This document shows positions 36,787 through 49,372 of a stretch of 64,000 nt of DNA, piece after piece (position 1 is the stretch's first letter; each line of letters starts with the position of its first letter). A program made the translations under genes and the position numbers. The stretch is from Candidatus Dadabacteria bacterium. GTDB taxonomy: Bacteria > Desulfobacterota_D > UBA1144 > Nemesobacterales > Nemesobacteraceae. The notes below the pieces were generated by a model, which did no database searches, was not told the origin of the DNA, and saw nothing but the letters and a program-made list of their open reading frames with translations. Location of the stretch: the NCBI GenBank assembly GCA_028823955.1, contig JAPPFE010000032.1, positions 48,892 to 112,891 on the forward strand, in the 5' to 3' direction.

Positions 36787-38184
36787 ATGTGCGGAAAGAA
36801 AGACTTCCCAAACAGCGGGAGTTCTCTGTTTTTTCTCGTTGCGGGCCCTGCTTTGGGTGCGGTCCTTTTCTTTACGCTAAAATTCCTCGGCTGGGAAAGT
36901 GACGCCTGCTGGACCGCTGCGGTTTCCGCCGTGTGCGCGGTGTGGTGGGTGTTCGAACCCGTACCGATTCCTGTGACTTCGCTTTTGCCGTTTGCCCTTT
37001 TCCCGGTTCTGGGCGTTCTTTCTCCCAGGGAAATAAGCGAATCCTACGGAGCCCCGCTTATATTGCTGCTTCTCGGAGGATTCATTCTGTCAACGGCGAT
37101 GGCGAGCAGCGGAGCCCACAGGCGCATAGCGCTCACCATGGTTAATTTCTTCGGAGGGTCAAGCAAAAGGCGGCTGGTCTTTGGTTTCATGGCTGCTTCG
37201 GCGGTGCTGAGCATGTGGATTTCCAATACCGCCACGACGCTTATGATGCTTCCCGTGGCCTTGGCGGTTTTGGAAAAGTCATCGGATAGATCCCTTGCAG
37301 TCCCCCTGTTGCTCGGAATTGCGTACGCGGCGAGCGTGGGCGGCATCGGAACGCCGATAGGAACTCCCCCCAACCTCGTGTTCAGCGAGATTTATTTCCA
37401 GAGTACCGGCGTGGAGATTTCGTTTCTTACCTGGATGAGCTGGGCAATTCCGGTCGTCGTGATTTTCGTTCCGATAATCGGTTTTTACCTCACGCGGCGC
37501 CTCACCGGCTCGGGCGGTTTCAGTATGCCCGAAGTGGGAAAGTGGAGTTGTCACGAGGCGCGCGTGCTGATAGTGTTTTTGCTAACTGCGGTTGCCTGGA
37601 TGACGCGTAGCGAACCATTTGGCGGCTGGAAAACCTGGTTCGGTGTCCCGGGAGCCACTGACGCCAGCGTGGCGCTTGCGGCCGTCATAGTAATGTTTCT
37701 CGCGCCCAACGGCAGGGGAGGCAGGTTGCTTGACTGGGATACCGCAAGCAGCATACCCTGGGGAATCCTTATTCTGTTCGGCGGCGGTATAGCGATCGCC
37801 AAAGCTTTCATGGCGTCCGGGCTGAGCGCCGCGCTCGGGGAAGCGCTCTCCGGTCTTGGCGTTTTGCATATCGTTTTAATAATGGCCGTTATCTGTCTTG
37901 CGATTACTTTTCTCACGGAACTCACGAGCAATACCGCAACCACAACTCTGATGATGCCGATTCTGGCTGCTACCGCGATGGCGATGGACATTGAACCGGC
38001 CTTGCTGATGGTGCCCGCGGCAATGAGCGCAAGCTGCGCGTTTATGCTTCCAGTTGCCACGGCGCCGAACGTTGTGGTATTCAGTACAGGAGCTTTCCCG
38101 GCTAGGGTGATGGTGAGGAAGGGGGTAGTGCTTAATTTTATCGGCGCGTTTATTATTACGGCTGTGTGCGTGGTTATGCTTTAG
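36787..38184 (+). CDS. DASS/SLC13-family anion:sodium symporter
   Basis: Polytopic, 465 aa. The duplicated SNTATT motif (ISNTATTLMMLP and TSNTATTTLMMP) is characteristic of DASS transporters. Confidence 0.85.
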   Translation: MCGKKDFPNSGSSLFFLVAGPALGAVLFFTLKFLGWESDACWTAAVSAVCAVWWVFEPVPIPVTSLLPFALFPVLGVLSPREISESYGAPLILLLLGGFILSTAMASSGAHRRIALTMVNFFGGSSKRRLVFGFMAASAVLSMWISNTATTLMMLPVALAVLEKSSDRSLAVPLLLGIAYAASVGGIGTPIGTPPNLVFSEIYFQSTGVEISFLTWMSWAIPVVVIFVPIIGFYLTRRLTGSGGFSMPEVGKWSCHEARVLIVFLLTAVAWMTRSEPFGGWKTWFGVPGATDASVALAAVIVMFLAPNGRGGRLLDWDTASSIPWGILILFGGGIAIAKAFMASGLSAALGEALSGLGVLHIVLIMAVICLAITFLTELTSNTATTTLMMPILAATAMAMDIEPALLMVPAAMSASCAFMLPVATAPNVVVFSTGAFPARVMVRKGVVLNFIGAFIITAVCVVML

Positions 38185-38194
38185 GCGGGGAAAG

Positions 38195-38554
38195 TTAAAG
38201 TGCTGGGTCCAATATATATTTTTTCAAAGAAATATTAACGGAATTTTTATCCTTCTTCGATAAACATCCTAGTCGTCGAATAACCATCGATTTTTCTAAC
38301 GTAAAGAGTTTCAAGCGCACTATCGATGGCACCGCTAAGTTGGCGTCGGCATGGTCCTTGAGTTTAATATCGCTTCGCCAGGAACTATGCTTGGCGGTCG
38401 TGATCATCGCTAAAATCAATTGATCGTGGTTTTCGTTAAACTCTTCGGATGATATAATCAAAGCGGGCCTGCGTTTTTTAACAGAAGAATCGGTAAAGGG
38501 AAAATAAACAACTACGATATCATGAGGTTTAAAGGTCACGCCATGCCTCTTCAT
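38195..38554 (-). CDS. mazF: type II toxin, PemK/MazF family
   Basis: FKPHDIVVVYFPFTDSSVKKRRPALIIS...LILAMITT...SIVRLKLFTLEKSMVIRRLG fits the MazF/PemK pattern. Start is taken at MKRHG (38554), with alternatives at 38560 and 38578. Confidence 0.75.
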   Translation of the reverse strand: MKRHGVTFKPHDIVVVYFPFTDSSVKKRRPALIISSEEFNENHDQLILAMITTAKHSSWRSDIKLKDHADANLAVPSIVRLKLFTLEKSMVIRRLGCLSKKDKNSVNISLKKYILDPAL

Positions 38555-38753
38555 CCTCATCCGACAGCCACTCCTCAAGGTTTAAAGAAATGCTGTCCAA
38601 ATAAGCGTCTTTAGTGGGTTTGAGCTTGGTTACAATAACCCGGTCTCCGTCTAGCTCAAAAACAAGTTTGTCACCTGTTTTAAAGTGTGCGGCCTTACGC
38701 AATGCGTGAGGAATAGTGACTTGACCTTTCGAAGTAATTTTAGAAATTTCCAT
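38529..38753 (-). CDS. mazE: type II antitoxin, AbrB/MazE/SpoVT family
   Basis: MEISKITSKGQVTIPHALRKAAHFKTGDKLVFELDGDRVIV is a swapped-hairpin AbrB-type fold sequence with an acidic C-terminal tail. Overlaps the toxin start. Confidence 0.75.
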   Translation of the reverse strand: MEISKITSKGQVTIPHALRKAAHFKTGDKLVFELDGDRVIVTKLKPTKDAYLDSISLNLEEWLSDEDEEAWRDL

Positions 38754-38880
38754 AACAACATATCTCCTTACATGTAAGGATAATAAGAAAGCAAAAATAT
38801 GCAATACTGTTTGGAAGATAAATTGTCGATAGCAAGATATGGAGACACAGTTGCTGTTGCTTTTGATTGAATTGGCCAAT

Positions 38881-40287
38881 TTACGCTATTTTCCGTAATT
38901 GGATTGAATCTATGCCGGCGGTCGTGATAACGTCGGATACGAGCACAACGCGGTCTCCCGGATTTAACACCTGTTTTTGTTTCAGAAGCTTAAAGGCTTC
39001 TTCGATCCTCTGTTCGGGATCTTCGGATTCTTCCATAAGATGTGCGGTTACGGCCCTGTTCAAACAGAGCTGCCGTTTTATTCTGCTATCGAAAGTTACC
39101 GCATGAATAGGGGTCTTGGCCGGTCTGCAGTTTGTTGTCAGCTGAGCCATCAATCCTTTTTTCGTTATTACGATCAGGCATTTGGCGTCAATTGATTCGG
39201 CGAGTTCAACTGCTGAAGCCGCTATATGCTGCTTGAGGTCCTGCTTAACAAGAAGCTTGCCCATCTGCAGACTTGTGAGACTTTCCGCCTTTAAGGCTAT
39301 CTTGTCGAGATGCTCTATTGACCTTATGGGATGTTTCCCGGTTGTTGTTTCACCCGAGAGCATAAGCGCATCAATTTCCTCGTAGACCGCGTTTGAGACA
39401 TCCGTTACTTCCGCCCGGGTAGGAATCGGGTTATCGATCATTGATTCAAGAAGATGGGTGGCGACTATTACTCTTTTGCCTTTCTCTTGGCATTTGCCGA
39501 CTATCACCCTCTGTACGTCCGGCAGCTCCTCAATGCTTATCTCGATACCGAGATCTCCCCTCGCAACCATAACTGCGTCCGATTCCTCGACGATTTCCTC
39601 TACGTTTCGCACCCCTTCTTGGTCCTCGATTTTAGAGATGACTTTAATTCCCTCCCCGTTGGGTCCTAGCAGGTTTCTGAGTTCCAAAACATCCTGTGCT
39701 TCCCTCACAAAGGAAAGGGCTATGTAATCGACTTCGTTTCTGACTCCAAACTCTATATCCGCCTTGTCCTTGTCCGTTATTGAAGGAAGATTGACTTTTA
39801 CCCCGGGCAGATTGACGTGGCGTTTGCTCTTCATGGTTCCGCCGTCGACAACTCTGCATTTCATGGTTCCGTGGTCCTTCTCAAGCACTTCAAGGTTTAT
39901 GAGACCGTTGTCCACGGTTATTTTCTCTCCTATCTGAACTTCGTTGATAATATCTTCGTAATTGATATGAATTGAAGACTCCTCAACGTCATCAGGTCTT
40001 ACGGACACTGTAATTACGTCTCCCTGGTTTATATGCAGGTCGCTTTGCAGAACCCCGGTTCTGATCTCCGGTCCCTGAGTGTCAAGTATCAGGGCGATTG
40101 AGTCTTCAATTTCCCTGTTTATGGATTTCACCGTCTTGATTACTTCAAGGTGGCTTTCGTGAGTGCCATGCGACATATTGAGGCGCACGGCGTCCATACC
40201 CGCCTCGTACATTTTCATCAGCATTTCGTACGAACTTGTGGAGGGGCCTACGGTGCAGATTATTTTCGTTTTTCTAAATGGTTTCAT
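38881..40287 (-). CDS. pyk: pyruvate kinase
   Basis: FRKTKIICTVGPSTSS, MVARGDLGIEI and MLSGETTTGKHP. Start moved to ATG 40287. Confidence 0.95.
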   Translation of the reverse strand: MKPFRKTKIICTVGPSTSSYEMLMKMYEAGMDAVRLNMSHGTHESHLEVIKTVKSINREIEDSIALILDTQGPEIRTGVLQSDLHINQGDVITVSVRPDDVEESSIHINYEDIINEVQIGEKITVDNGLINLEVLEKDHGTMKCRVVDGGTMKSKRHVNLPGVKVNLPSITDKDKADIEFGVRNEVDYIALSFVREAQDVLELRNLLGPNGEGIKVISKIEDQEGVRNVEEIVEESDAVMVARGDLGIEISIEELPDVQRVIVGKCQEKGKRVIVATHLLESMIDNPIPTRAEVTDVSNAVYEEIDALMLSGETTTGKHPIRSIEHLDKIALKAESLTSLQMGKLLVKQDLKQHIAASAVELAESIDAKCLIVITKKGLMAQLTTNCRPAKTPIHAVTFDSRIKRQLCLNRAVTAHLMEESEDPEQRIEEAFKLLKQKQVLNPGDRVVLVSDVITTAGIDSIQLRKIA

Positions 40288-40449
40288 AAACGGGGAAATA
40301 TGTCGGTAAATTCGGAAAATGCAAAGTTCTTTTAACACTAAGCTGATATGTGGGGATCACCTGGGGTGAGAACTTGGAATATTCGTCGTGCGCCGGTTGT
40401 ATCGTAGCGATCGGATTTCCCGAGATTTTGTAAGAGCAGGCAAATCTTT

Positions 40450-40478
40450 TTGACAGTGTGCCCGTTTTGTGATAGTAA
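40450..40478 (+). promoter_or_regulatory. candidate sigma-70 promoter of the cation:proton antiporter gene
   Basis: TTGACA (40450-40455), 17-nt spacer, TAGTAA (40473-40478), 48 nt before ATG 40527. Confidence 0.3.
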
Positions 40479-40526
40479 ACTGCTTTTTAATCTGACAGAA
40501 CCCTCAAATCTCCCCAAGATGAGACA

Positions 40527-41804
40527 ATGGAATACGTACAGCATTTATCAGTAGAAAATTTCATCCTTTATCTCCTGATAATCCTTGTTTTCGCCAAGGC
40601 CTTCGGTCGGCTGGCAGAAAAAATCGGACAGCCCTCGGTTCTCGGGGAACTTCTCGCCGGGGTAGTTCTGAGCGCAAGTGTTCTGGCGCTCATTCCTTCT
40701 ACAGAAGGCATGGTCGGATACGATGTGTTTCACCTGCTGGCTGAAATAGGGGTTATCCTTCTTCTTTTCGAGATAGGTCTTGAGACCAGGATTGCAGATC
40801 TGATAAAAGTGGGTCCGGTCTCGGCGCTCGTAGCCATAGTCGGTGTGGTGCTTCCGTTTGTACTGGGATATTTTTGCGTAATTTATTTCCAGAAGTTCGC
40901 GATACTCAATCTTGAAGCCGGTATGGTCGGGCTTGTGGCCATAGTAATGGGTGCAACGCTCACCGCCACGAGCGTTGGAATCACGGCCAGGGTTCTAGCG
41001 GACCTTGACCAGCTCCAGACAAAAGAGGCCAGAATAGTTCTTACCGCAGCTATAATAGACGATGTCATCGGGCTTATTATTCTCGGGGTCGTAAGCGGCA
41101 TAGTGAGTTCTTTTCAATCGGGCGGTGGAACAGAGCAACTGACCCTCTCCTCGATCTCATTTATAACAGCTAAGGCTTTCGGTTTTCTCGCCGTTTCAAT
41201 ACTTCTGGGCAGGATTATCGCTCCTAGAATTTTCGAGTTTTTCGCCCGGATCGATAAGAGCAATCTAGTCTGGATCATGGGAATAGCCTTCTGCTTTGTC
41301 TATGCGTACTGTTCAAATCTTTTTTCTCTTGCCCCAATAGTCGGGGCGTTTGCGGCCGGTCTGGTTCTTCGAGAAACTGATCAGTTCAAAACGATAGAGG
41401 GAGGAGTGAAACCCGTTTCGCACTTTTTTACTCCCATATTTTTTGTGATGGTGGGTGCCGCCGTGGATGTTTCTGTGTTCAACCCCTTTGTATCTGAAAA
41501 TATTATGGTAATATCAATCGCTTTAATTCTTTTCGTGGTGGCGGTTATAGGTAAGTACGCGAGCGGTTACGTGGTCTATGAAAAAGACGTGAGAAAAAGT
41601 ATAATTGGCGTCGGAATGATCCCAAGGGGTGAGGTTGGGCTTATTTTCGCGAAGATCGGTCTTGCGTACGGCGTTTTCAAAACCGATCTTTTCTCCGCCG
41701 TCACGGCTATGGTAATACTGACAACCTTTATAGTGCCTCCGCTTTTAAAATGGATGTTCGAAAACGAAAGCAAGGAGTATGAGTCGACCGAAAGCACGGT
41801 CTAG
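40527..41804 (+). CDS. cation:proton antiporter (CPA2/Kef-type Na+/H+ exchanger family)
   Basis: 425 aa with about 12 TM helices. LGRLAEKIGQPSVLGELLAGVVL is the typical N-terminal motif of the family. Confidence 0.85.
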   Translation: MEYVQHLSVENFILYLLIILVFAKAFGRLAEKIGQPSVLGELLAGVVLSASVLALIPSTEGMVGYDVFHLLAEIGVILLLFEIGLETRIADLIKVGPVSALVAIVGVVLPFVLGYFCVIYFQKFAILNLEAGMVGLVAIVMGATLTATSVGITARVLADLDQLQTKEARIVLTAAIIDDVIGLIILGVVSGIVSSFQSGGGTEQLTLSSISFITAKAFGFLAVSILLGRIIAPRIFEFFARIDKSNLVWIMGIAFCFVYAYCSNLFSLAPIVGAFAAGLVLRETDQFKTIEGGVKPVSHFFTPIFFVMVGAAVDVSVFNPFVSENIMVISIALILFVVAVIGKYASGYVVYEKDVRKSIIGVGMIPRGEVGLIFAKIGLAYGVFKTDLFSAVTAMVILTTFIVPPLLKWMFENESKEYESTESTV

Positions 41805-41830
41805 CAAATAATCTTGAAGCTAGGTTAATC

Positions 41831-42346
41831 ATGAGATTCTACGGTCTTAGGACATTTTTATATGCTGCGATCTTCGCCCTGACGGTTGTTCCTTCGGCAG
41901 ATGCCGCTGAGAACATGCTGAGTGTCGATGAAACCCTGATAATCCAACTTGTTATTTTTCTGGTAGGGCTTTTTCTGCTGAACAGGCTCGTGTTCCGCCC
42001 GCTTATCGGGGTTTGGGACAGAAGAGAGGAACTTACCGCGGGCACGCTTAGAGAAGCCGAGGAGATGACTCGCAAGGCCGAGGGTGCTATTGCCGAGTAC
42101 AACGAGAAAATCGCTGAGGCGAGGGTACAGGCTACCGAGACAAGAAACGAACTCCGCCAGCAGGGGCAGGGTGAATCTTCAAGGATGCTTCTTTCGGCGA
42201 GGGAGGCCGCCCAGGCGGAACTCGAGGGCGCGAGAGGGACTCTTGAGAGCGAGACTGCGAAGATAAGGGCGGATCTGCAGGGCGAGATAGAATCGCTTGC
42301 GGCGGAGATAAGCAACCGTGTCTTGAGGAAGGGGGCGCAGGGATGA
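41831..42346 (+). CDS. atpF2: F-type ATP synthase Fo subunit b'
   Basis: One TM helix followed by a long Ala/Glu/Arg-rich coiled coil. First of two b-type genes at the head of the operon. Confidence 0.8.
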   Translation: MRFYGLRTFLYAAIFALTVVPSADAAENMLSVDETLIIQLVIFLVGLFLLNRLVFRPLIGVWDRREELTAGTLREAEEMTRKAEGAIAEYNEKIAEARVQATETRNELRQQGQGESSRMLLSAREAAQAELEGARGTLESETAKIRADLQGEIESLAAEISNRVLRKGAQG

Positions 42347-42385
42347 TGCCGGCTGCGGATTTTAATTTTCTGGGGGAATCACTAA

Positions 42386-42895
42386 TTGGATAGCCATTTC
42401 AACTGGGCGTTCGTAATAAAACATGCCCTTAACCTAGGTCTTCTTATGGCCCTTATCATATATCTTATCAGAAAGCCTTTTCTGTCTTTTCTGAAAAACA
42501 GGAAGGAAAGACTCCGCTCGGAGGTGGACCGTGCTGCTGCTGCCGCCGAGCAGGCCAAAATTACGCTTGAGGAATACTCGGCGAAACTTGACGCGGTCGC
42601 CTCGGAGATAGCGGCTCTTCAGGAAAATATAAGAAAACAAGGTGAAAATGAAAGGGATGAGCTTGTCTCCGCGGCGGAGAAAAGCTGCGAGATGATAAAA
42701 AAAGAGGTTGAGGACACGATTCGTCTTGAGACTACAAAGGCGGTCTCCGAGATACAGTCCGAAGTGGTCGACTCGGCGCTTGCGCTTGCCGAAAAGATGA
42801 TAAAGGAGCGGGTGGACACGGATTTTACGACCGATTCGGTCGACGATTTTGTAAAAATGATTGAGGAAGGAAAATGGCAACAGTTGCGACACTAA
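42386..42895 (+). CDS. atpF: F-type ATP synthase Fo subunit b
   Basis: TTG start, one TM helix and a charged helical stalk. Overlaps atpH by 22 nt. Confidence 0.8.
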   Translation: MDSHFNWAFVIKHALNLGLLMALIIYLIRKPFLSFLKNRKERLRSEVDRAAAAAEQAKITLEEYSAKLDAVASEIAALQENIRKQGENERDELVSAAEKSCEMIKKEVEDTIRLETTKAVSEIQSEVVDSALALAEKMIKERVDTDFTTDSVDDFVKMIEEGKWQQLRH

Positions 42896-43416
42896 GAGAT
42901 CTTGTCTCGGCGCTTGTGGATTCCGCGGCGGATCAAAGCGAACTTTCGGGCGTAAGAGCCAATATGGAGAGTTTCTTTGAGCGGGTCGCCGATTCTAGCG
43001 AGCTTCGGGATGTTCTTTTAAGCACGGTGTTTTCGATAGAGGAGAAAAAGGCGGTCTTGGGGGATTTCCTCGAGGCGGTGTCTTCTCTTGAGATTACGAG
43101 AAGATTTCTTCTGCTGGTTTTGGAGATGGAGAAGGTCTCGGCGCTTCTCGGCTCAAGGGAAGCCGTGCTCGCGAGGCTTGACGAAGCGGTTGGAAAAGTG
43201 ACGGCCGAAATTACCTCGGCCAGGGATCTTAGCCAAAACGACGTCGAGAGACTCAGTGCGGCGCTTCGTGCGGCGACCGGAAAAACGGTTGAGGTGTCGC
43301 TTAAGGTTGATCCTTCCATGATAGGCGGAATAAAAGCCCAGGTGGGTGACAAGGTTTACGATAACAGCGTCAGGACGCAGCTTGAGAGAATAAGAGGCGT
43401 TCTTTCTCCGTCCTGA
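42874..43416 (+). CDS. atpH: F-type ATP synthase F1 subunit delta
   Basis: 180 aa. C-terminal [29 protein letters not shown] is the OSCP/delta signature. Confidence 0.9.
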   Translation: MATVATLRDLVSALVDSAADQSELSGVRANMESFFERVADSSELRDVLLSTVFSIEEKKAVLGDFLEAVSSLEITRRFLLLVLEMEKVSALLGSREAVLARLDEAVGKVTAEITSARDLSQNDVERLSAALRAATGKTVEVSLKVDPSMIGGIKAQVGDKVYDNSVRTQLERIRGVLSPS

Positions 43417-43442
43417 CCCGAATAATTCCAAAGGAGCTAGTA

Positions 43443-44960
43443 ATGCAGGAACTAAGAGCAGAGAGTATAGGCGAGATTCTGAGAAACAGGATAAAGGGCT
43501 ACGAACGGAAAGTTGATACCGAAGAAGTCGGGACGGTTATTTCCGTCGGCGACGGTATCGCTAGGGTTTACGGTCTTGATCAGGCGGTAGCGGGAGAGCT
43601 CGTCGAGTTTGACGGCGGAATCACCGGACTTGTTCTTAACCTTGAAGAGGATAATGTCGGAGTCGCTCTTTTCGGAGAGGATTCCCACCTGAGCGAAGGA
43701 GGAATGGTAAAGCGAACGGGACGCATCGCCGAGGTGCCTGTCGGAGACGCTCTCGGCGGAAGGGTGGTCGATGCTCTCGGAAGACCGATTGACGGTCTCG
43801 GAGAAATAGCCGCCGCTGAAACAAGGCAGATCGAGGTGAAGGCCCCCGGAGTTATTTACCGCCAGTCGGTAAATGAGCCCCTTCAGACGGGACTTAAGGC
43901 CGTTGATTCCATGATACCGATAGGAAGAGGCCAGAGAGAACTTATTCTGGGAGACCGTCAGGTCGGAAAGACCGCTATCGCGATCGATACGATAATAAAC
44001 CAAAAAGAAGAGAATGTTCACTGCATATACGTTGCCGTAGGACAGAAACAGTCAACCGTGGCTCAGGTAGTCGATAAGCTCAAGGAGCACGACGCCATGA
44101 AGTACACGACAATAGTTTCCGCCACGGCCAGCACCCCGGCTCCTTTTCAGTTCCTTGCTCCTTTTTCCGGCTGTGCCATGGGAGAATATTTCAGAGACAC
44201 CGGCCGACACGCGCTCATAATATACGATGATCTGACGAAACACGCGTGGTCCTACCGCCAGCTTTCGCTTCTTCTAAAGAGACCGCCGGGACGCGAGGCT
44301 TACCCCGGAGATGTTTTCTATCTTCACTCGAGGCTCCTTGAGCGTGCCGCCAAAATGAGAGACGAGGACGGAGGCGGCTCCCTTACGGCGCTTCCGATAA
44401 TCGAAACCCAGGCGGGTGACGTGTCCGCCTACATTCCCACGAACGTGATTTCCATCACCGACGGGCAGATATACCTTGAGAGCGATCTTTTCTACTCGGG
44501 TGTGCGACCCGCCATTAACGTCGGTCTTTCGGTTTCAAGGGTGGGAGGAAGCGCTCAGATAAAGGCGATGAAAAACGTCGCCGGAACACTGAGGCTTGAG
44601 CTTGCCCAGTACAGGGAAGTCGAGGCATTTGCGCAGTTCGCTTCCGACCTTGACAGGGTAACACAGAACCAGCTTGCCCGCGGAAGCAGGCTTGTCGAGG
44701 CCCTCAAACAGGATCAGTACGAACCACAGGCGGTTGAAAAGCAGATCCTGATCATATTTGCAGTTACAAACGGCTATGTTGACGACTATCCGGTATCCGC
44801 AGTGAGAAAATACGAGAAGGAGCTTTCTTCTTTCATGGAATCGAAGCATCCTGAGTATCTTGCGGAGATAAAAGAGAAGAAAGTTGTTTCGGACGAACTT
44901 GAGGAGAAGCTCGCAGCAGCGCTTGACGAGCTTAAAAACCAGTTGGGCGAGCTTGCCTGA
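43443..44960 (+). CDS. atpA: F-type ATP synthase F1 subunit alpha
   Basis: [18 protein letters not shown] (P-loop) and the standard alpha-subunit sequence throughout. Confidence 0.97.
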   Translation: MQELRAESIGEILRNRIKGYERKVDTEEVGTVISVGDGIARVYGLDQAVAGELVEFDGGITGLVLNLEEDNVGVALFGEDSHLSEGGMVKRTGRIAEVPVGDALGGRVVDALGRPIDGLGEIAAAETRQIEVKAPGVIYRQSVNEPLQTGLKAVDSMIPIGRGQRELILGDRQVGKTAIAIDTIINQKEENVHCIYVAVGQKQSTVAQVVDKLKEHDAMKYTTIVSATASTPAPFQFLAPFSGCAMGEYFRDTGRHALIIYDDLTKHAWSYRQLSLLLKRPPGREAYPGDVFYLHSRLLERAAKMRDEDGGGSLTALPIIETQAGDVSAYIPTNVISITDGQIYLESDLFYSGVRPAINVGLSVSRVGGSAQIKAMKNVAGTLRLELAQYREVEAFAQFASDLDRVTQNQLARGSRLVEALKQDQYEPQAVEKQILIIFAVTNGYVDDYPVSAVRKYEKELSSFMESKHPEYLAEIKEKKVVSDELEEKLAAALDELKNQLGELA

Positions 44961-44980
44961 TATAGTAGCGGGAAAGGATA

Positions 44981-47340
<2,360 letters not shown>

Positions 47341-47349
47341 CGGGAGACC

Positions 47350-47757
47350 TTGAAATTGGCTGAAAAACTGCGACTCAAAATTATAACTCCGGAGAAGCTC
47401 GTGTTTGATGGCGAGGTCGAGGAACTGGTCGCCCCCGGCCAGATGGGGGAATTCGGCGTTCTGCCGGGTCACGTGCCTTTTCTTTCAGTACTTTTTCCGG
47501 GAAGGCTCAGGTTCAAAACCGTGGAGTCAGGGGAAAACACGCTCATAATCCACGGCGGCCTTGCGGACGTAAAGGATGATACCGTAAGCATTCTTACCGA
47601 CCAGTCGGAGAATCCCGCCGAGGTTGACGTCGCTGCTGCAAGAAAAGATGCCGAAGCTTTCCAGCGGGAACTTGATGATCTTCAGGACGCGGGAGATTCG
47701 GAAAGGGAAGAGCTTGACAGAAAGCTCAGAATAGCCCGGGCCCGTGCGGGAGAGTAG
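47350..47757 (+). CDS. atpC: F-type ATP synthase F1 subunit epsilon
   Basis: TTG start with GGGAGA 5 nt upstream. LRLKIITPEKLVFDGEVEELVAPGQMGEFGVLPGH. Confidence 0.9.
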   Translation: MKLAEKLRLKIITPEKLVFDGEVEELVAPGQMGEFGVLPGHVPFLSVLFPGRLRFKTVESGENTLIIHGGLADVKDDTVSILTDQSENPAEVDVAAARKDAEAFQRELDDLQDAGDSEREELDRKLRIARARAGE

Positions 47758-47868
47758 GTTTTTTGTTGCCGTGGTCCACTATGGTACTATGATAGCAGCA
47801 ATTTCTGTTTGAAACTTCTCCATTTTTCTTCCTTGTATTCTCGTGGGAATAGTCTCACCCGTTGAATC

Positions 47869-48036
47869 TCAACTTTTCTTTTTGGAAAAAGCCAGGGTCT
47901 TCTGAAGGGTTTCCTGACTGAAAAGTTTGCGTACGAAGTTCCCTTTGGAATCAAGAATACGGGCTTCCTGAGTGCGAGTTTTTTCAGATTCGTCAATCCT
48001 TCTCATCAATTCTTTTACTGAAATGCCGATACCCAT
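47869..48036 (-). CDS. 55-codon ORF downstream of mcrC, possibly the front half of a frameshifted ~85-aa gene (speculative)
   Basis: MGIGISVKELMRRIDESEKTRTQEARILDSKGNFVRKLFSQETLQKTLAFSKKKS. It overlaps track ORF 47787-47996, which continues in another frame after a CCAAAAAG run. No family recognised. Confidence 0.2.
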   Translation of the reverse strand: MGIGISVKELMRRIDESEKTRTQEARILDSKGNFVRKLFSQETLQKTLAFSKKKS

Positions 48037-48124
48037 ATCAATGAAGTAACTGTGTTATGGAGTTTTTGTCAAATGAGTCAAGGTATCCGCCACTATAAGG
48101 AAGCAGTGTATGTCCTTATAGATA

Positions 48125-49372
48125 TCAACTGAGCGGAAGCATTTCATCTTGTTTCTCTTTGCGGATGTCGATGGGTACTACGTGCAGCGTTGTCCCGATT
48201 TCTCCAAGCAGGGCAATCTTAACCCGTTCAGTCAGGTTTTTCTGCATGGGGTAAAGCAGAGCAAGGGACGTGACACCGTATCTTGAGGCGTAACTTCCCA
48301 TCTGATACATGTCTGTTTGTGATATTGCGAGATTTTTCTCTCCTTCGTCAAGAATTTTCCACTTTGCGTCGGCAATCATAACGATCTGATTTTTCCTGTT
48401 TATGAAAGAAAAATCAGGTTTCATACCGAAAACTTTCTCATCCGAATTCTCCAGTCGGGCGAAGTATTTAAGGGGACCCTGTTCCCTTGTACGAATACCT
48501 TGCACCCTTCCCTCCTTGCGAAGTTGTGAGCCCACATATTCTTCAAACAGCCTGTTCATGTCGAACAGAAGAGTTAGGCAGTCTTTCTTTCCGGTAATGA
48601 CATTAGGAAAAAGCCCATCGAGAAAGTATCTGCACTGATCGAATACGGGTTTATACCGTTCGTTTAGCCGGTCGAAAATCAACTGATCAAGCATCACTGC
48701 ATCCGCTGCGCAGTCGCTTATAGCATCGAATCGCCCAAGAAGTTCGGAAACCTGCCGAAGCGTATGGTTCCCCTTAGCTTCTTTCAGCATTATTGCCAGC
48801 ACGCACTTCAGTATCCGGTTGTAGAGATTATCCGCGCTTAATTCATCATACTGGCAGAACATCCGTTCTTTGTGGACGAGGTTTTGTTTGATATGTTCTC
48901 CGATTTCCAGCTTTCCCCGAAGCACCTTCAGATTTTCCTTTCGGGAGACATATTTCCGGATCATTCCGCGTGTCATCTGGGCGCGTAGCAGCTTGCAGAA
49001 GTGCAGTATGAATATGTCCAGAAGGAATCGTTTCTGAAGATCAATTTTCGCTGTGCCTGTCTCATGGAGCTTCATGCGTTGTGCTCTGTAGAGCATATGA
49101 ACAAGCGCTTTTCTGCTGGATCCGGCATCGTCAGCTTCTATGCCGTATATCTTGGGCAGAATCTCTATGGAAATGTCCCCAAGAGAGATTACTCCGCAGT
49201 ACGACGCAAATTTTACTTCCCTGTGTCCCCAAGAGAATGCTTTTGATGGAATTTCCCCTTCGAGTTTTTCGAGAAGGTCGGCGTGTTTTTCTTCAAGTCC
49301 TTTCTGTCCGCCTGCGCGGGAGCGGACGATGGGGACCGATTCGTGCTCAATGACTGTAATTACTTCAGACAT
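48125..49372 (-). CDS. mcrC: McrC-family restriction endonuclease subunit
   Basis: 415 aa. ATG lies inside the mcrB stop region (GATGTCTGA overlap). The C-terminal PD-(D/E)xK-type motif ...IVMIADAKWK... is typical of McrC. Confidence 0.85.
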   Translation of the reverse strand: MSEVITVIEHESVPIVRSRAGGQKGLEEKHADLLEKLEGEIPSKAFSWGHREVKFASYCGVISLGDISIEILPKIYGIEADDAGSSRKALVHMLYRAQRMKLHETGTAKIDLQKRFLLDIFILHFCKLLRAQMTRGMIRKYVSRKENLKVLRGKLEIGEHIKQNLVHKERMFCQYDELSADNLYNRILKCVLAIMLKEAKGNHTLRQVSELLGRFDAISDCAADAVMLDQLIFDRLNERYKPVFDQCRYFLDGLFPNVITGKKDCLTLLFDMNRLFEEYVGSQLRKEGRVQGIRTREQGPLKYFARLENSDEKVFGMKPDFSFINRKNQIVMIADAKWKILDEGEKNLAISQTDMYQMGSYASRYGVTSLALLYPMQKNLTERVKIALLGEIGTTLHVVPIDIRKEKQDEMLPLS

